Source of the DNA: Candidatus Buchananbacteria bacterium
GTDB taxonomy: Bacteria; Patescibacteriota; Patescibacteriia; 2-01-FULL-39-33
Assembly: GCA_041666505.1 (NCBI GenBank)
Contig: JBAYGU010000001.1
Coordinates: forward strand, 477 to 64,476
Reading direction: 5' to 3'
Length of the DNA stretch: 64,000 nt
The notes beneath the pieces are model-generated. The model saw nothing but the letters and a program-made list of their open reading frames with translations. It made no database searches and was not told where the DNA came from. Both the position numbers and the translations under genes were made by a program. This document shows, piece after piece, positions 37,509-46,101 of the stretch (position 1 is its first letter; the number at the start of each line of letters is the position of its first letter).

Positions 37509-38884
37509 ATTAATTCTAATATTTGTTTTTTAATTTTTTCTAATGTTTCTTTGCTTACTGCTTCGATATTTAATCTGATTACCGGCTCGGTATGCGACGG
37601 CCTGATATTGAAGAACCATAATCTATCCACCGCCGTTACGGATAAACCGTCGATCAGACTGATCTTATCCCGAGGAAATAACTTCTTGATCTCTTGGGAG
37701 ATTTGATCGAATCGAGCGGTCTTAAAATTCAACTCGCCAGAAATTTGATAATTAGATGATATCGGCTTTATCGCCTCGGATAATTTTAATTTATTTTGTT
37801 TTAAATACTTCAAGACTAATAGGACAGAAATTATCGCATCGCCATAGACAAATTGCTTCTTGTTTTTCAAGTTAAAATTATACATGAAGTGGCCGGAATT
37901 CTCGCAGCCGAACAAGAGTTTTTTTTCTGTCATCGTCTTGATAAAATTCGCATAACCGGCGCGATGCACCAATATTTTGCCACCACTATCTCTGATCGCT
38001 TTTTCTATTGCCAGATTGAGGCGGGCATCAGCAACGATTGTCGCGCCTTTCTTCATGGCCAGTATTATCTGCGACATCAGGCAATTGATATGGTACGGCT
38101 CAACGAATCTGCCTTGCTCATCGATAAAAATAGCGCGATCGGCATCACCATCGAATATTACGCCCAAATCAGCTTTCTTCGCTTTGACTTGACTTATTAT
38201 AACCGCTCTATTTTCTTTCAATAACGGATTCGGTCCATGGCCGAATTTCTTATCGCTGGCGCGAAAATTTATCGCCGTAAATTTCAAAGGTAAGGCATCA
38301 AATATCACTTCCGCCAAACGTCCGCCCGATCCGCCAGAAGCATCTAGAATTATATTAAAGTCTTTGATATCACTGGGCTTAATAAAAGATAAAGCGAATT
38401 TCTTATAATCCAAGGCAATAGAAATAAAATCAACTTGCTCGCTTTTCGTTGTAAATTTAATTCCTGACGGAATTTTATTAATTTCCTGGTTAGCAAATTT
38501 TTCCAATATTTTTGATCCGGAATTAAGACCGAATACCCGCCCCTTGCTGTCGCAGAATTTAAAGCCTGTTTCTCCTGTCGGCGAATGCGATGCGGTTACC
38601 ATCACTCCACCCGGAAATTTCTTGGTTCCGACGGCAAAAAATAATTCCGGCGTAGCGCAGACTCCGAGATCGTATATCTTAATTCCGCCCTTTGAGAGTC
38701 CCGCCACCAGCGGCCAGAAAGCCTTCTCTGATTCTTTTCGAGCATCGCGGCCGATGGCTATTTTCTTCGCTTTAATGACTTTAGCAAACGCCAAGCCAAG
38801 AGCATAAGCGGCATTATCGCTGATCTCCTCGGGATATTTCCCTCGTATATCGTATTCTTTAAAAATTGTAGGTGTAATTATCAT
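37505..38884 (-). CDS. Phosphomannomutase/phosphoglucomutase
   Basis: FKEYDIRG, TASHSP, FDGDADR, CENSGH, RPSHTEP. Confidence 0.92.
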   Translation of the reverse strand: MIITPTIFKEYDIRGKYPEEISDNAAYALGLAFAKVIKAKKIAIGRDARKESEKAFWPLVAGLSKGGIKIYDLGVCATPELFFAVGTKKFPGGVMVTASHSPTGETGFKFCDSKGRVFGLNSGSKILEKFANQEINKIPSGIKFTTKSEQVDFISIALDYKKFALSFIKPSDIKDFNIILDASGGSGGRLAEVIFDALPLKFTAINFRASDKKFGHGPNPLLKENRAVIISQVKAKKADLGVIFDGDADRAIFIDEQGRFVEPYHINCLMSQIILAMKKGATIVADARLNLAIEKAIRDSGGKILVHRAGYANFIKTMTEKKLLFGCENSGHFMYNFNLKNKKQFVYGDAIISVLLVLKYLKQNKLKLSEAIKPISSNYQISGELNFKTARFDQISQEIKKLFPRDKISLIDGLSVTAVDRLWFFNIRPSHTEPVIRLNIEAVSKETLEKIKKQILELI

Positions 38885-38896
38885 AACCTTATGTTA

Positions 38897-39643
38897 TCAT
38901 TTTTTAACCGCGATGGCTAACAGATTATCGCCGGTCAAGATGGAAACCGATCCCCGGCTTTTGCTGGCATAACTCAAATAATCAATTGAGAACCCGGCTG
39001 ACGTCAGGAGATTTTTCATCTCTCTTTTCGTAAATGAATGTACGTATCTGACGTGCCACTCGCTTTGGCGCAAGTTGGCCTTCCAGGGCACGAAAGCGTC
39101 AGAAATATTGTAGACTCCGAGATTGAATTTTTCAACCAGATTGAACAGATATGGATAGTAGCGGAAATATTTGCGGCCATTAACATTCCACAAATTCCAA
39201 TTACTGATCACTAAGCGTCCGCCCGGCTTTAAGGCCTGATATAAATCTTTCAATATTTTTAATCTTAATGCGCGCGTAGGAATATGATGCAAGGCGGCAA
39301 TCATTAATTCGAGATCAAATTGATTCGAGGCCAAATGCAAATCAACCGCATCCGCAACTTCGAACTTGAAATCAGACTTATTCTTATACCGGTTTTGAGC
39401 GATTTCTATCAGCTCTTGGGAATTATCTAAGCCGAGATACTCGACTCCGGAATTATCAAAAAGTTGAGCCATGCGTCCGTTGCCGCAGCCAAGGTCTAAA
39501 ACATTGTCTCCCCTTTTTACATACTTGGCGAAATCTCCGAATCCCTCCCACCATTTGCCGCGGGTATCAGAAAAATCAGCTGCAATTTCATTATAAATCT
39601 TCGGCGTTTCCTCTAATATGCGATTGACATTTTGTCGTTTCAT
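38897..39643 (-). CDS. Trm9/ALKBH8-like tRNA carboxymethyluridine methyltransferase
   Basis: YNEIA.DFS.TR, LDLGCGNGR, IAALHH, LKPGG, VPW, RY.H.F...E; ATG 39643 preferred. Confidence 0.75.
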   Translation of the reverse strand: MKRQNVNRILEETPKIYNEIAADFSDTRGKWWEGFGDFAKYVKRGDNVLDLGCGNGRMAQLFDNSGVEYLGLDNSQELIEIAQNRYKNKSDFKFEVADAVDLHLASNQFDLELMIAALHHIPTRALRLKILKDLYQALKPGGRLVISNWNLWNVNGRKYFRYYPYLFNLVEKFNLGVYNISDAFVPWKANLRQSEWHVRYVHSFTKREMKNLLTSAGFSIDYLSYASKSRGSVSILTGDNLLAIAVKK

Positions 39644-39652
39644 AAGTATAAT
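39624..39652 (+). promoter_or_regulatory. Consensus promoter of elp3 overlapping the methylase start
   Basis: TTGACA-N17-TATAAT ending 12 nt before the elp3 ATG. Confidence 0.8.
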
Positions 39653-39664
39653 AAGGTTTAAACT

Positions 39665-41338
39665 ATGCCAGAAATCCATTCACAAATCATTCTAGACATC
39701 ATCAAAGGCAAGCCGCAAAGCGATGCTGATCTTTTTAATATTGTCAGAAAATCCACCGCTGGCCTCAAAATGGCTCCGCCGCCCAAGGCCGTACTGTTAA
39801 AAGCTTACCATAAACTGGCAAAAAGTGGAAAAATAAAATCGAACACAAATATTGCTCAATTACTAACTAAGCGAGCCGTGCGTACTCTTTCCGGCGTAGC
39901 AGTTATTTCTGTCTTAACCAAACCGACAACTTGCCCCGGAAACTGCCTTTTCTGCCCGACCGAGAAAAATATGCCTAAATCATACCTTTCCAACGAACCG
40001 GCGGTCATGCGGGCTATTTTAAACGATTTTGACCCCTTCAGACAGGTCGAAATGCGCCTTAAAGCGCTTAAAGCCAATGGCCACTCGGTAGACAAGATCG
40101 AGCTGATCGTCATGGGCGGCACCTGGAGCTACCATACACCAAAATACCAATCCTGGTTCATCAAACGTTGCTTCGAAGCAGTCAACGGCAAAGAAGCCAA
40201 AACTTTGGCGGAAGCACAGAAAAAAAATGAATCAAGTAAGCACCGCGTCATCGGCCTAACTCTAGAAACCCGACCAGATTATATCGACGAAGAAGAAGTG
40301 AAGCGACTAAGAAATCTTGGCTGCACCCGGGTAGAATTAGGCATCCAGCATATTGACGACAAGATATTGAGATTGAATCGCCGCGGCCACAACACCAAAC
40401 AAAGTATCAATGCTATCAAGTTACTCAAGAATGCCGGTTTTAAAATCAATCTTCATCTGATGCCGAATTTATACGGCTCGACGCCAGCCAAAGATTTAGC
40501 AATGTTTAAAAAAATCTATACTGACGGCAATTACATGCCGGATATGGTCAAAATCTACCCCTGTGTCGTCAATGAGCATGCCGATTTATACAAATTATAT
40601 AAGCAGAAAAAATATAAGCCCTACACGCAAAAGCAATTGACTGATTTGATAGTCAAAATAAAAAAAATCACTCCGCCCTGGGTGCGCATCGCCCGATTGA
40701 TCCGCGATATTCCCGAGGAATCGATTGTCGCCGGCAACAAGACGACTAATCTGCGGCAGCTAATAGCGCTCACCGCATCTAAGGATGGCTGGAGCTGCAA
40801 GTGCATCAGATGCAGAGAAGTCGGAAGATCACATAACATGGAACATGGAACATTAAATGCAAAATTAGTCAGTAGAAAATATCAAGCAAATGGCGGTACG
40901 GAATATTTTTTAAGTTATGAATCGCCCGACAAAAAAATTCTTTATGCCTTCTTGAGGCTTCGGATCAAACCCCCTCTAACTCCCCCTTTCGTAAAGGGGG
41001 AGAAAAACTTCCTAACATCAATTCAGCAAGGGAACGATTCCTCCCCTTTACGAAAGGGGAGGCTAGGAGGGGTTTATCTGCCTGAACTAAATGGAGCAGC
41101 CTTGATCCGTGAGCTGCATACTTATGGTCAGGCGACGGAAATCGGCTCTAAGGGCAAAGTCCAGCACCTCGGACTGGGACAAAGACTACTTTCGGAAGCA
41201 GAAAAAATCACCCAGCAAAATAACTTGAATAAAATTGCTGTCATTTCCGGCATCGGCGTCCGCAGTTATTACAAGAAATTCGGCTATAAACTCGAAGGGA
41301 CTTATATGGTGAAAAATTTAACAAAAAAGACAAAATAA
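39665..41338 (+). CDS. elp3: Elp3 tRNA uridine(34) acetyltransferase (radical SAM + GNAT)
   Basis: RTLSGVA, CPGNCLFCP, PKSY...EP, GGT, ETRPD, RVELG.Q, KIYP, RELH.YG, QH.G.G..L, GVR.YY. Confidence 0.93.
   Translation: MPEIHSQIILDIIKGKPQSDADLFNIVRKSTAGLKMAPPPKAVLLKAYHKLAKSGKIKSNTNIAQLLTKRAVRTLSGVAVISVLTKPTTCPGNCLFCPTEKNMPKSYLSNEPAVMRAILNDFDPFRQVEMRLKALKANGHSVDKIELIVMGGTWSYHTPKYQSWFIKRCFEAVNGKEAKTLAEAQKKNESSKHRVIGLTLETRPDYIDEEEVKRLRNLGCTRVELGIQHIDDKILRLNRRGHNTKQSINAIKLLKNAGFKINLHLMPNLYGSTPAKDLAMFKKIYTDGNYMPDMVKIYPCVVNEHADLYKLYKQKKYKPYTQKQLTDLIVKIKKITPPWVRIARLIRDIPEESIVAGNKTTNLRQLIALTASKDGWSCKCIRCREVGRSHNMEHGTLNAKLVSRKYQANGGTEYFLSYESPDKKILYAFLRLRIKPPLTPPFVKGEKNFLTSIQQGNDSSPLRKGRLGGVYLPELNGAALIRELHTYGQATEIGSKGKVQHLGLGQRLLSEAEKITQQNNLNKIAVISGIGVRSYYKKFGYKLEGTYMVKNLTKKTK
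40832..40852 (+). repeat. Three heptamer units in-frame in elp3
   Basis: CATAACA TGGAACA TGGAACA (HNMEHGT). Confidence 0.55.
40967..41075. repeat. Inverted pair of ~38-bp palindromic elements in-frame in elp3
   Basis: 40967-41004 forward copy, 41038-41075 inverted copy; encodes KPPLTPPFVKGEK...SSPLRKGRLGGV. Confidence 0.9.
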
Positions 41339-41384
41339 GCTATACTGTTGCTAGTTAATTAGAACTTAACTGAAAGGAGAATTT

Positions 41385-41849
41385 ATGGGCATCAATACAA
41401 CAATTACCAATGAGATTGGAGTTTTTCAGACAATGATCGCCTCCGGACCAGTGATAATTCAAAATCGAGATGGCATAGAAAAAACCCTGCTAGTCAAGCA
41501 CGGCGACAAGCCGCTAGCCGAATTGAAGTGGAAATTTTGCGGCGGAAAAATATTCGCGGAAATGGACCTTGAAGCAAACGCCATTCGTGAAGCAAAAGAA
41601 GAAATCGGAGTAACGGTCAAATTAATCAAGCCATTGAAGCCCATGATAATCTGGAATGAGATTCCGGAAACCGGTTCTGAGAAACCACAAGCGATCGTCT
41701 TAATCCATTACTTAGCGGAAATTTCAGAGGAACCGATTATGGGAAAAGAAGTTTTGGCAATGGAATGGCACGATATCAATAATTTGCCCAATGACTGCGC
41801 GCCAAATGTTAAGCCAGTAATTGAAGAATATCTCCAAGAATACAAATAA
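41385..41849 (+). CDS. Nudix hydrolase
   Basis: WKFCGGK...A.REAKEEIG. Confidence 0.85.
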   Translation: MGINTTITNEIGVFQTMIASGPVIIQNRDGIEKTLLVKHGDKPLAELKWKFCGGKIFAEMDLEANAIREAKEEIGVTVKLIKPLKPMIIWNEIPETGSEKPQAIVLIHYLAEISEEPIMGKEVLAMEWHDINNLPNDCAPNVKPVIEEYLQEYK

Positions 41850-41860
41850 TATAAACAGCA

Positions 41861-41900
41861 CAAAAAAATCCCGTTCGCCGTGGCGAATCGGGATTTTTTA
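41861..41900. terminator. Bidirectional terminator
   Basis: aaaaaatcccg...cgggatttttt. Confidence 0.8.
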
Positions 41901-41907
41901 ATGCAGA

Positions 41908-42261
41908 TTATTCTTGTGCAGGCTCTTGGGGAGCGGATTCCGCTTCTACGACCGGTTCTTCCATAACCGGAGCGACTTTGCCCTTGCCTTTCAAAGCATC
42001 CTTCAGGTTCTTGCCGGCTTTGAATTTGGCAACGACTACCGTAGGAATCTTGATTTTTTCCTGCGGATTCCTCGGATTGATGCCTTCGCGGCCTTTACGC
42101 GCTCGAGCGGAAAAAGTGCCGAAGCCGGTCAATACGACTTCGTTGCCGGCTTTCATTTCAGCTGTCGTGATGTCAGTCAAAGCGCTTAATGCGGCTTCGG
42201 CTTGCGCCTTAGTAATGCCGACTTTGTCGGCGATTTTTTGCGCGAGTTCTGTTTTGTTCAT
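41908..42261 (-). CDS. hup: HU family DNA-binding protein
   Basis: MNKTEL, GFGTF, R.GINP, FKAGK.LK. Confidence 0.93.
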   Translation of the reverse strand: MNKTELAQKIADKVGITKAQAEAALSALTDITTAEMKAGNEVVLTGFGTFSARARKGREGINPRNPQEKIKIPTVVVAKFKAGKNLKDALKGKGKVAPVMEEPVVEAESAPQEPAQE

Positions 42262-42292
42262 ATTGATATGAATTAATTAACATTGATAATTT

Positions 42293-43108
42293 CTAATTAA
42301 CATTGATAATTTCATTGATTCTTTCGATTTTCACCGTCTTGCGGCTCTTCTCATCGATTTCCAGATATACCGCATTGAATGTCGCGACGCCCTGGGATGG
42401 CAGATCGTGTTTCTTCGATGATTGCCCTGTCTTCATGAAAAGATGGTAAATCTGCTGCTTATCAGCTCCGATTATCGAGTCGTAATATCCTACCATGCCG
42501 GCATCGGTTATGAATCCCGTGCCCTCAGGCAAGATCTTCTCATCAGCTGTCTGGATATGCGTGTGAGTGCCGAGAACAGCCGCAACTCTCCCGTCGAAAT
42601 AATTGGCCAACGCCGCTTTTTCTGAAGTTGCTTCCGCATGAAAATCAACCAGATAAATTCCCTGCCTATCGGAGGATATTATCTTTTCTAAGGTCTTGAA
42701 AGGATCGTGCAAGATTTCTTTCTTCTCCCTTTCCCAGCCATAGAATACCTTACCCATTAAGTTTACCACATTTAGCTTAATTTCGCCAATACTGTACTCA
42801 ATATGGCCCATACCGGCGAGCTTGGCTGCAAAATTAGCCGGCCGGATCAATTTATTTTCAGGATTTTCCAGCATCTCATCGCTGCCGCCCTTCTCCCAAA
42901 TATGATTGCCGGAAGTAAACATATCGACTCCAGCGTCTTTCATCTCATCTAATGTCTTCTGCGTCGCGCCGATGCCATGAGCCAGATTTTCCGCATTAGC
43001 GATGATCACATCGGGCTTATATTTACTTTTTAACGTCGGCAAATAATCCCGCACCGCATTGCGGCCGATTTTTCCCACTATGTCTGCTATAAAAATAATT
43101 TTTATCAT
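42293..43108 (-). CDS. ymdB: YmdB-like metallophosphoesterase
   Basis: DIVG, NAEN, TSGNH, RPAN, DFHAEATSEK, GTHTH, TDAGM. Confidence 0.9.
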   Translation of the reverse strand: MIKIIFIADIVGKIGRNAVRDYLPTLKSKYKPDVIIANAENLAHGIGATQKTLDEMKDAGVDMFTSGNHIWEKGGSDEMLENPENKLIRPANFAAKLAGMGHIEYSIGEIKLNVVNLMGKVFYGWEREKKEILHDPFKTLEKIISSDRQGIYLVDFHAEATSEKAALANYFDGRVAAVLGTHTHIQTADEKILPEGTGFITDAGMVGYYDSIIGADKQQIYHLFMKTGQSSKKHDLPSQGVATFNAVYLEIDEKSRKTVKIERINEIINVN

Positions 43109-43117
43109 GATTGAATT

Positions 43118-43152
43118 AATTCGTAATTTGAAATTCGTAATTCGTAATTGAC
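43118..43152. repeat. Heptamer tandem array AATTCGT
   Basis: aattcgt aatttga aattcgt aattcgt aattgac. Confidence 0.7.
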
Positions 43153-44036
43153 TATGCCATCGCTCTCAATTTCTTTATCCTGTCTTCAACTGGAGGGTGA
43201 GTGGAGAAAGCCCGTGCTAGAAATTTTCCCGAGCCCTTGAAGGGATTGGAAATATACATATGCGCCGTGGCAGTCGAAGCGCTGGAAAGCACAGCCGGAT
43301 CGGCAGAAATTTTTTCCAAAGCGCGGGCCAAGCCTTCCGGATAGCGAGTCAGAAGCGCTCCGGAAGCATCCGCCAAATATTCCCTGCGGCGGGAAACTGC
43401 AAGCTGAATAAGCTGGGCGATTATCGGCGATAAAATTATTAAAATTATGCCGACAATCATTAGCCAATTTGCCCCGCTATTATTATCATCTTTCCTGCCC
43501 ACGCCGAATAATGATCCGCGAAAAAAGAAATCAGCCATGATTGAAATCATGCCGACCAAGACGATCACGATCGTCATCAGCCTGATGTCATAATTCTTGA
43601 CATGCGAAAGTTCATGCGCAATAACGCCTTCCAGTTCCTCATTCTCCAAGCGATTGATGGCGCCGGCCGTAACGGCAATCGAGGCATGCCTGGGGTCGCG
43701 ACCGGTAGCAAAAGCATTTATCGCTTCCTCTGGAATGACGTAAACTTTGGGTGATGGCAAACCGGCAGTAATGCAAAGATTCTCCACCATATTGCAGATA
43801 TAAGGATTGTCGGTTTTTTCTACCAATTGCGCCTTGGCGCTCCACAAAGCCACTTTATCCCCGCCATAATAGGAAAACAGCGTCATAACCAATGAGACGA
43901 TGGCCGCCAGAACCAGGGCGCTCGGACCGTAATTGAAATAATAGCCGATAAACCAGCCCAGTCCCAGGACGATGGCGATGAAAATTATGATTAGCGCCCA
44001 AGTCCGGCGCTTATTAGAATCGATTTGATTATACAT
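43152..44036 (-). CDS. htpX: M48 zinc metalloprotease HtpX
   Basis: NAFATG, AHELSH, SRRREYLAD, STHPP. Confidence 0.93.
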   Translation of the reverse strand: MYNQIDSNKRRTWALIIIFIAIVLGLGWFIGYYFNYGPSALVLAAIVSLVMTLFSYYGGDKVALWSAKAQLVEKTDNPYICNMVENLCITAGLPSPKVYVIPEEAINAFATGRDPRHASIAVTAGAINRLENEELEGVIAHELSHVKNYDIRLMTIVIVLVGMISIMADFFFRGSLFGVGRKDDNNSGANWLMIVGIILIILSPIIAQLIQLAVSRRREYLADASGALLTRYPEGLARALEKISADPAVLSSASTATAHMYISNPFKGSGKFLARAFSTHPPVEDRIKKLRAMA

Positions 44037-44064
44037 ACCTCTAATAAATTAAGAATTATAGATA

Positions 44065-44370
44065 TCAACTCCTTGCCAATATGGCAAAAGGTAATAAATA
44101 ATTTTGTATCGCTTTCAAACTGACTGAAAAATAATTACTATCAACGTAACAATCAGCAATAGCCTCACGCAAAATTCCCAATTCTCTGCTCCGTCCAAAA
44201 TTACGACTATCAGTTAAAGTCAAATCAATAAGCTCCAAAGCGCGTTCTAAGCAATTATTTCGATTTTCCAACTTATTCGTTTTCTCCCAATTGGCTGCGC
44301 GTGAAATTTCAGCTAATAAATTGCCTAATTGTTGCGGCAACGTCATTTGATGCCATTTTTCTTCTATCAT
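44065..44370 (-). CDS. Small helical hypothetical protein
   Basis: 101 aa, overlaps the DUF5674-like gene. Confidence 0.65.
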   Translation of the reverse strand: MIEEKWHQMTLPQQLGNLLAEISRAANWEKTNKLENRNNCLERALELIDLTLTDSRNFGRSRELGILREAIADCYVDSNYFSVSLKAIQNYLLPFAILARS

Positions 44371-44711
44371 AAAACTATTTTTTCAAATATTTCAAAAATC
44401 TTCTTCCTAATTTCCGGCAATTGAATTTCCGTCGAGCGATTATTATCTTTGGGTCTGATATTAATCAGAGAATCATAAATTAATATGCTGTCCGCTGGGT
44501 TATCAGGATAAATATTAAAACCCCACAAATCTACCTGCCGGCTTCCCTTAGCCAATAATAGCTGCTCTCCATCAGCATGAAATTCCCCGCCGATAGCCAA
44601 AATACCTAGATTAATATCGGCAACAGCCTTGACCATTTCGCCATAGCTTTCTTCTGCCAGTTTCCTTACTTCCGCCCAAGTTATTTGATTTTCGACTATT
44701 ATTATATTCAT
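44367..44711 (-). CDS. DUF5674-like protein
   Basis: KAVAD, GGEFHAD.E, LWGFNIYP, SLINIRP..NNRS. Confidence 0.72.
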   Translation of the reverse strand: MNIIIVENQITWAEVRKLAEESYGEMVKAVADINLGILAIGGEFHADGEQLLLAKGSRQVDLWGFNIYPDNPADSILIYDSLINIRPKDNNRSTEIQLPEIRKKIFEIFEKIVL

Positions 44712-44808
44712 AAATTATATAGTATTTGCCTGCCATTTACTTAACAATATCTTAGCAAAAATAGGCCAAAAAATCAAAAGCCCGTCCTTTTCAGACGGGC
44801 GGATAATA

Positions 44809-45358
44809 TCATACTTCAAATGAAATGGCGACTTGTCTCGCGAATCGGTAAAAACGATCCGCCTCTAATTTAAGTTTTGAAATCACCTGCCGATATCCAT
44901 CTTCATTTGGATGTCTTAATTGATCTGCAAAATCTGCGTTATATTGGCTGTCACAGCCAACCAACTCACGGAATAATTGGGGCAAGCCGAATTCTTCATG
45001 GCCAATCAAATCCAAATATTTTTCAATAACCAAATTTCTGGAATCATTCTCCATATCACAGCCACGCAAAGTCAGTACTTTTCTGGCTATATGAATCGGC
45101 GATTCCAGCATTTTCTGAAAATATTTATGTTGAGCTGGCGCAGACATCGTATCTTGACTCTTGATCATAAACTACTAAAAAATCAAGATCACTACGCCGA
45201 TTATGACAGCCCCAAAGGACCGAACCAAACAATAATCCGCCATGAATGTCTTTATTGCCGATGATTTCCGCCTTCATAATATCGGCTAAATCATCAAATG
45301 ATGATAATTCCGGTACCCTTTTGCCAGCAATATCTTCCCAACTGAAGACTTTTCCCAT
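44809..45358 (-). pseudogene. Frameshifted polymerase-beta-type nucleotidyltransferase
   Basis: ATG 45358 with strong RBS; LLFGSV...RSDLD motif; frame ends at 45125 while an overlapping frame continues to 44809. Confidence 0.55.
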
Positions 45359-45490
45359 TTTTCCTCTCCTTTCGTTTAACTTATTTGACTTAAATGTTAA
45401 TGGACGATTCAAATCAGTATAGCAAATAAAAACAAAATTGTCAAAAATCAAAAGCCCCGGACAAACCGAGGCTTTTGTGGAGTATTTTTT

Positions 45491-46048
45491 TTAAAACTTA
45501 ACCTGCACGACTTCTTTTTCTCCAGCGGAGGCTTCGAAGAAATCATATTTCTTAAATTTCAGCATGCCGTTGATGATATTGGTCGGGAAGACCTGGATCA
45601 TGGTGTTGAAATCACGGACGTTGCCATTATAGAAGCGGCGAGCGGCCTGGATCTTGTTTTCCGTGTCTGAGAGCTCATCCTGCAATTTCAGGAAATTGGT
45701 ATTGGCCTTCAAATCCGGATAGCTTTCCGCCAAGGCGAAAATCGATTTCAATGTCTGGGACAGCGCGTTCTCGGCTTGGGCCTTGTTGGCGGCCGAGCCG
45801 TCAACAGACATGGCGCTGTTTCTCGCCTCGATCACTTTCTGCAAAGTGCCCTGTTCGTGCGCGGCATAACCCTTGACCGTTTCCACCAGATTGGGAATTA
45901 GGTCATAGCGGCGCTTGAGCTGGACATCGATGTCTGACCATGCCTCATCGGTGCGATTCTTGGCTCTGATCAAGCCGTTGTAGACTAAGACTAACCACAC
46001 TGCAATAATCGCGATTATGGCGATTACTATCCACCAGATGTTTGACAT
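45491..46048 (-). CDS. lemA: LemA family protein
   Basis: YNGL, WSDIDVQLKRRYDLIPNLVETVKGY, ESYPDLKA, RRFYN. Confidence 0.95.
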   Translation of the reverse strand: MSNIWWIVIAIIAIIAVWLVLVYNGLIRAKNRTDEAWSDIDVQLKRRYDLIPNLVETVKGYAAHEQGTLQKVIEARNSAMSVDGSAANKAQAENALSQTLKSIFALAESYPDLKANTNFLKLQDELSDTENKIQAARRFYNGNVRDFNTMIQVFPTNIINGMLKFKKYDFFEASAGEKEVVQVKF

Positions 46049-46058
46049 AGGATTTTTT

Positions 46059-46086
46059 AATATTTAATATTCAATATTGAATATTG
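46059..46086. repeat. Heptamer tandem array AATATTN
   Basis: aatattt aatattc aatattg aatattg. Confidence 0.6.
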
Positions 46087-46101
46087 ATAATACTCAAAAT
46101 T

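Noticed and set aside
42274-42313. 20-bp tandem duplication over the ymdB stop
   Set aside because: Real but looks like a neutral slippage duplication; reading frame unaffected
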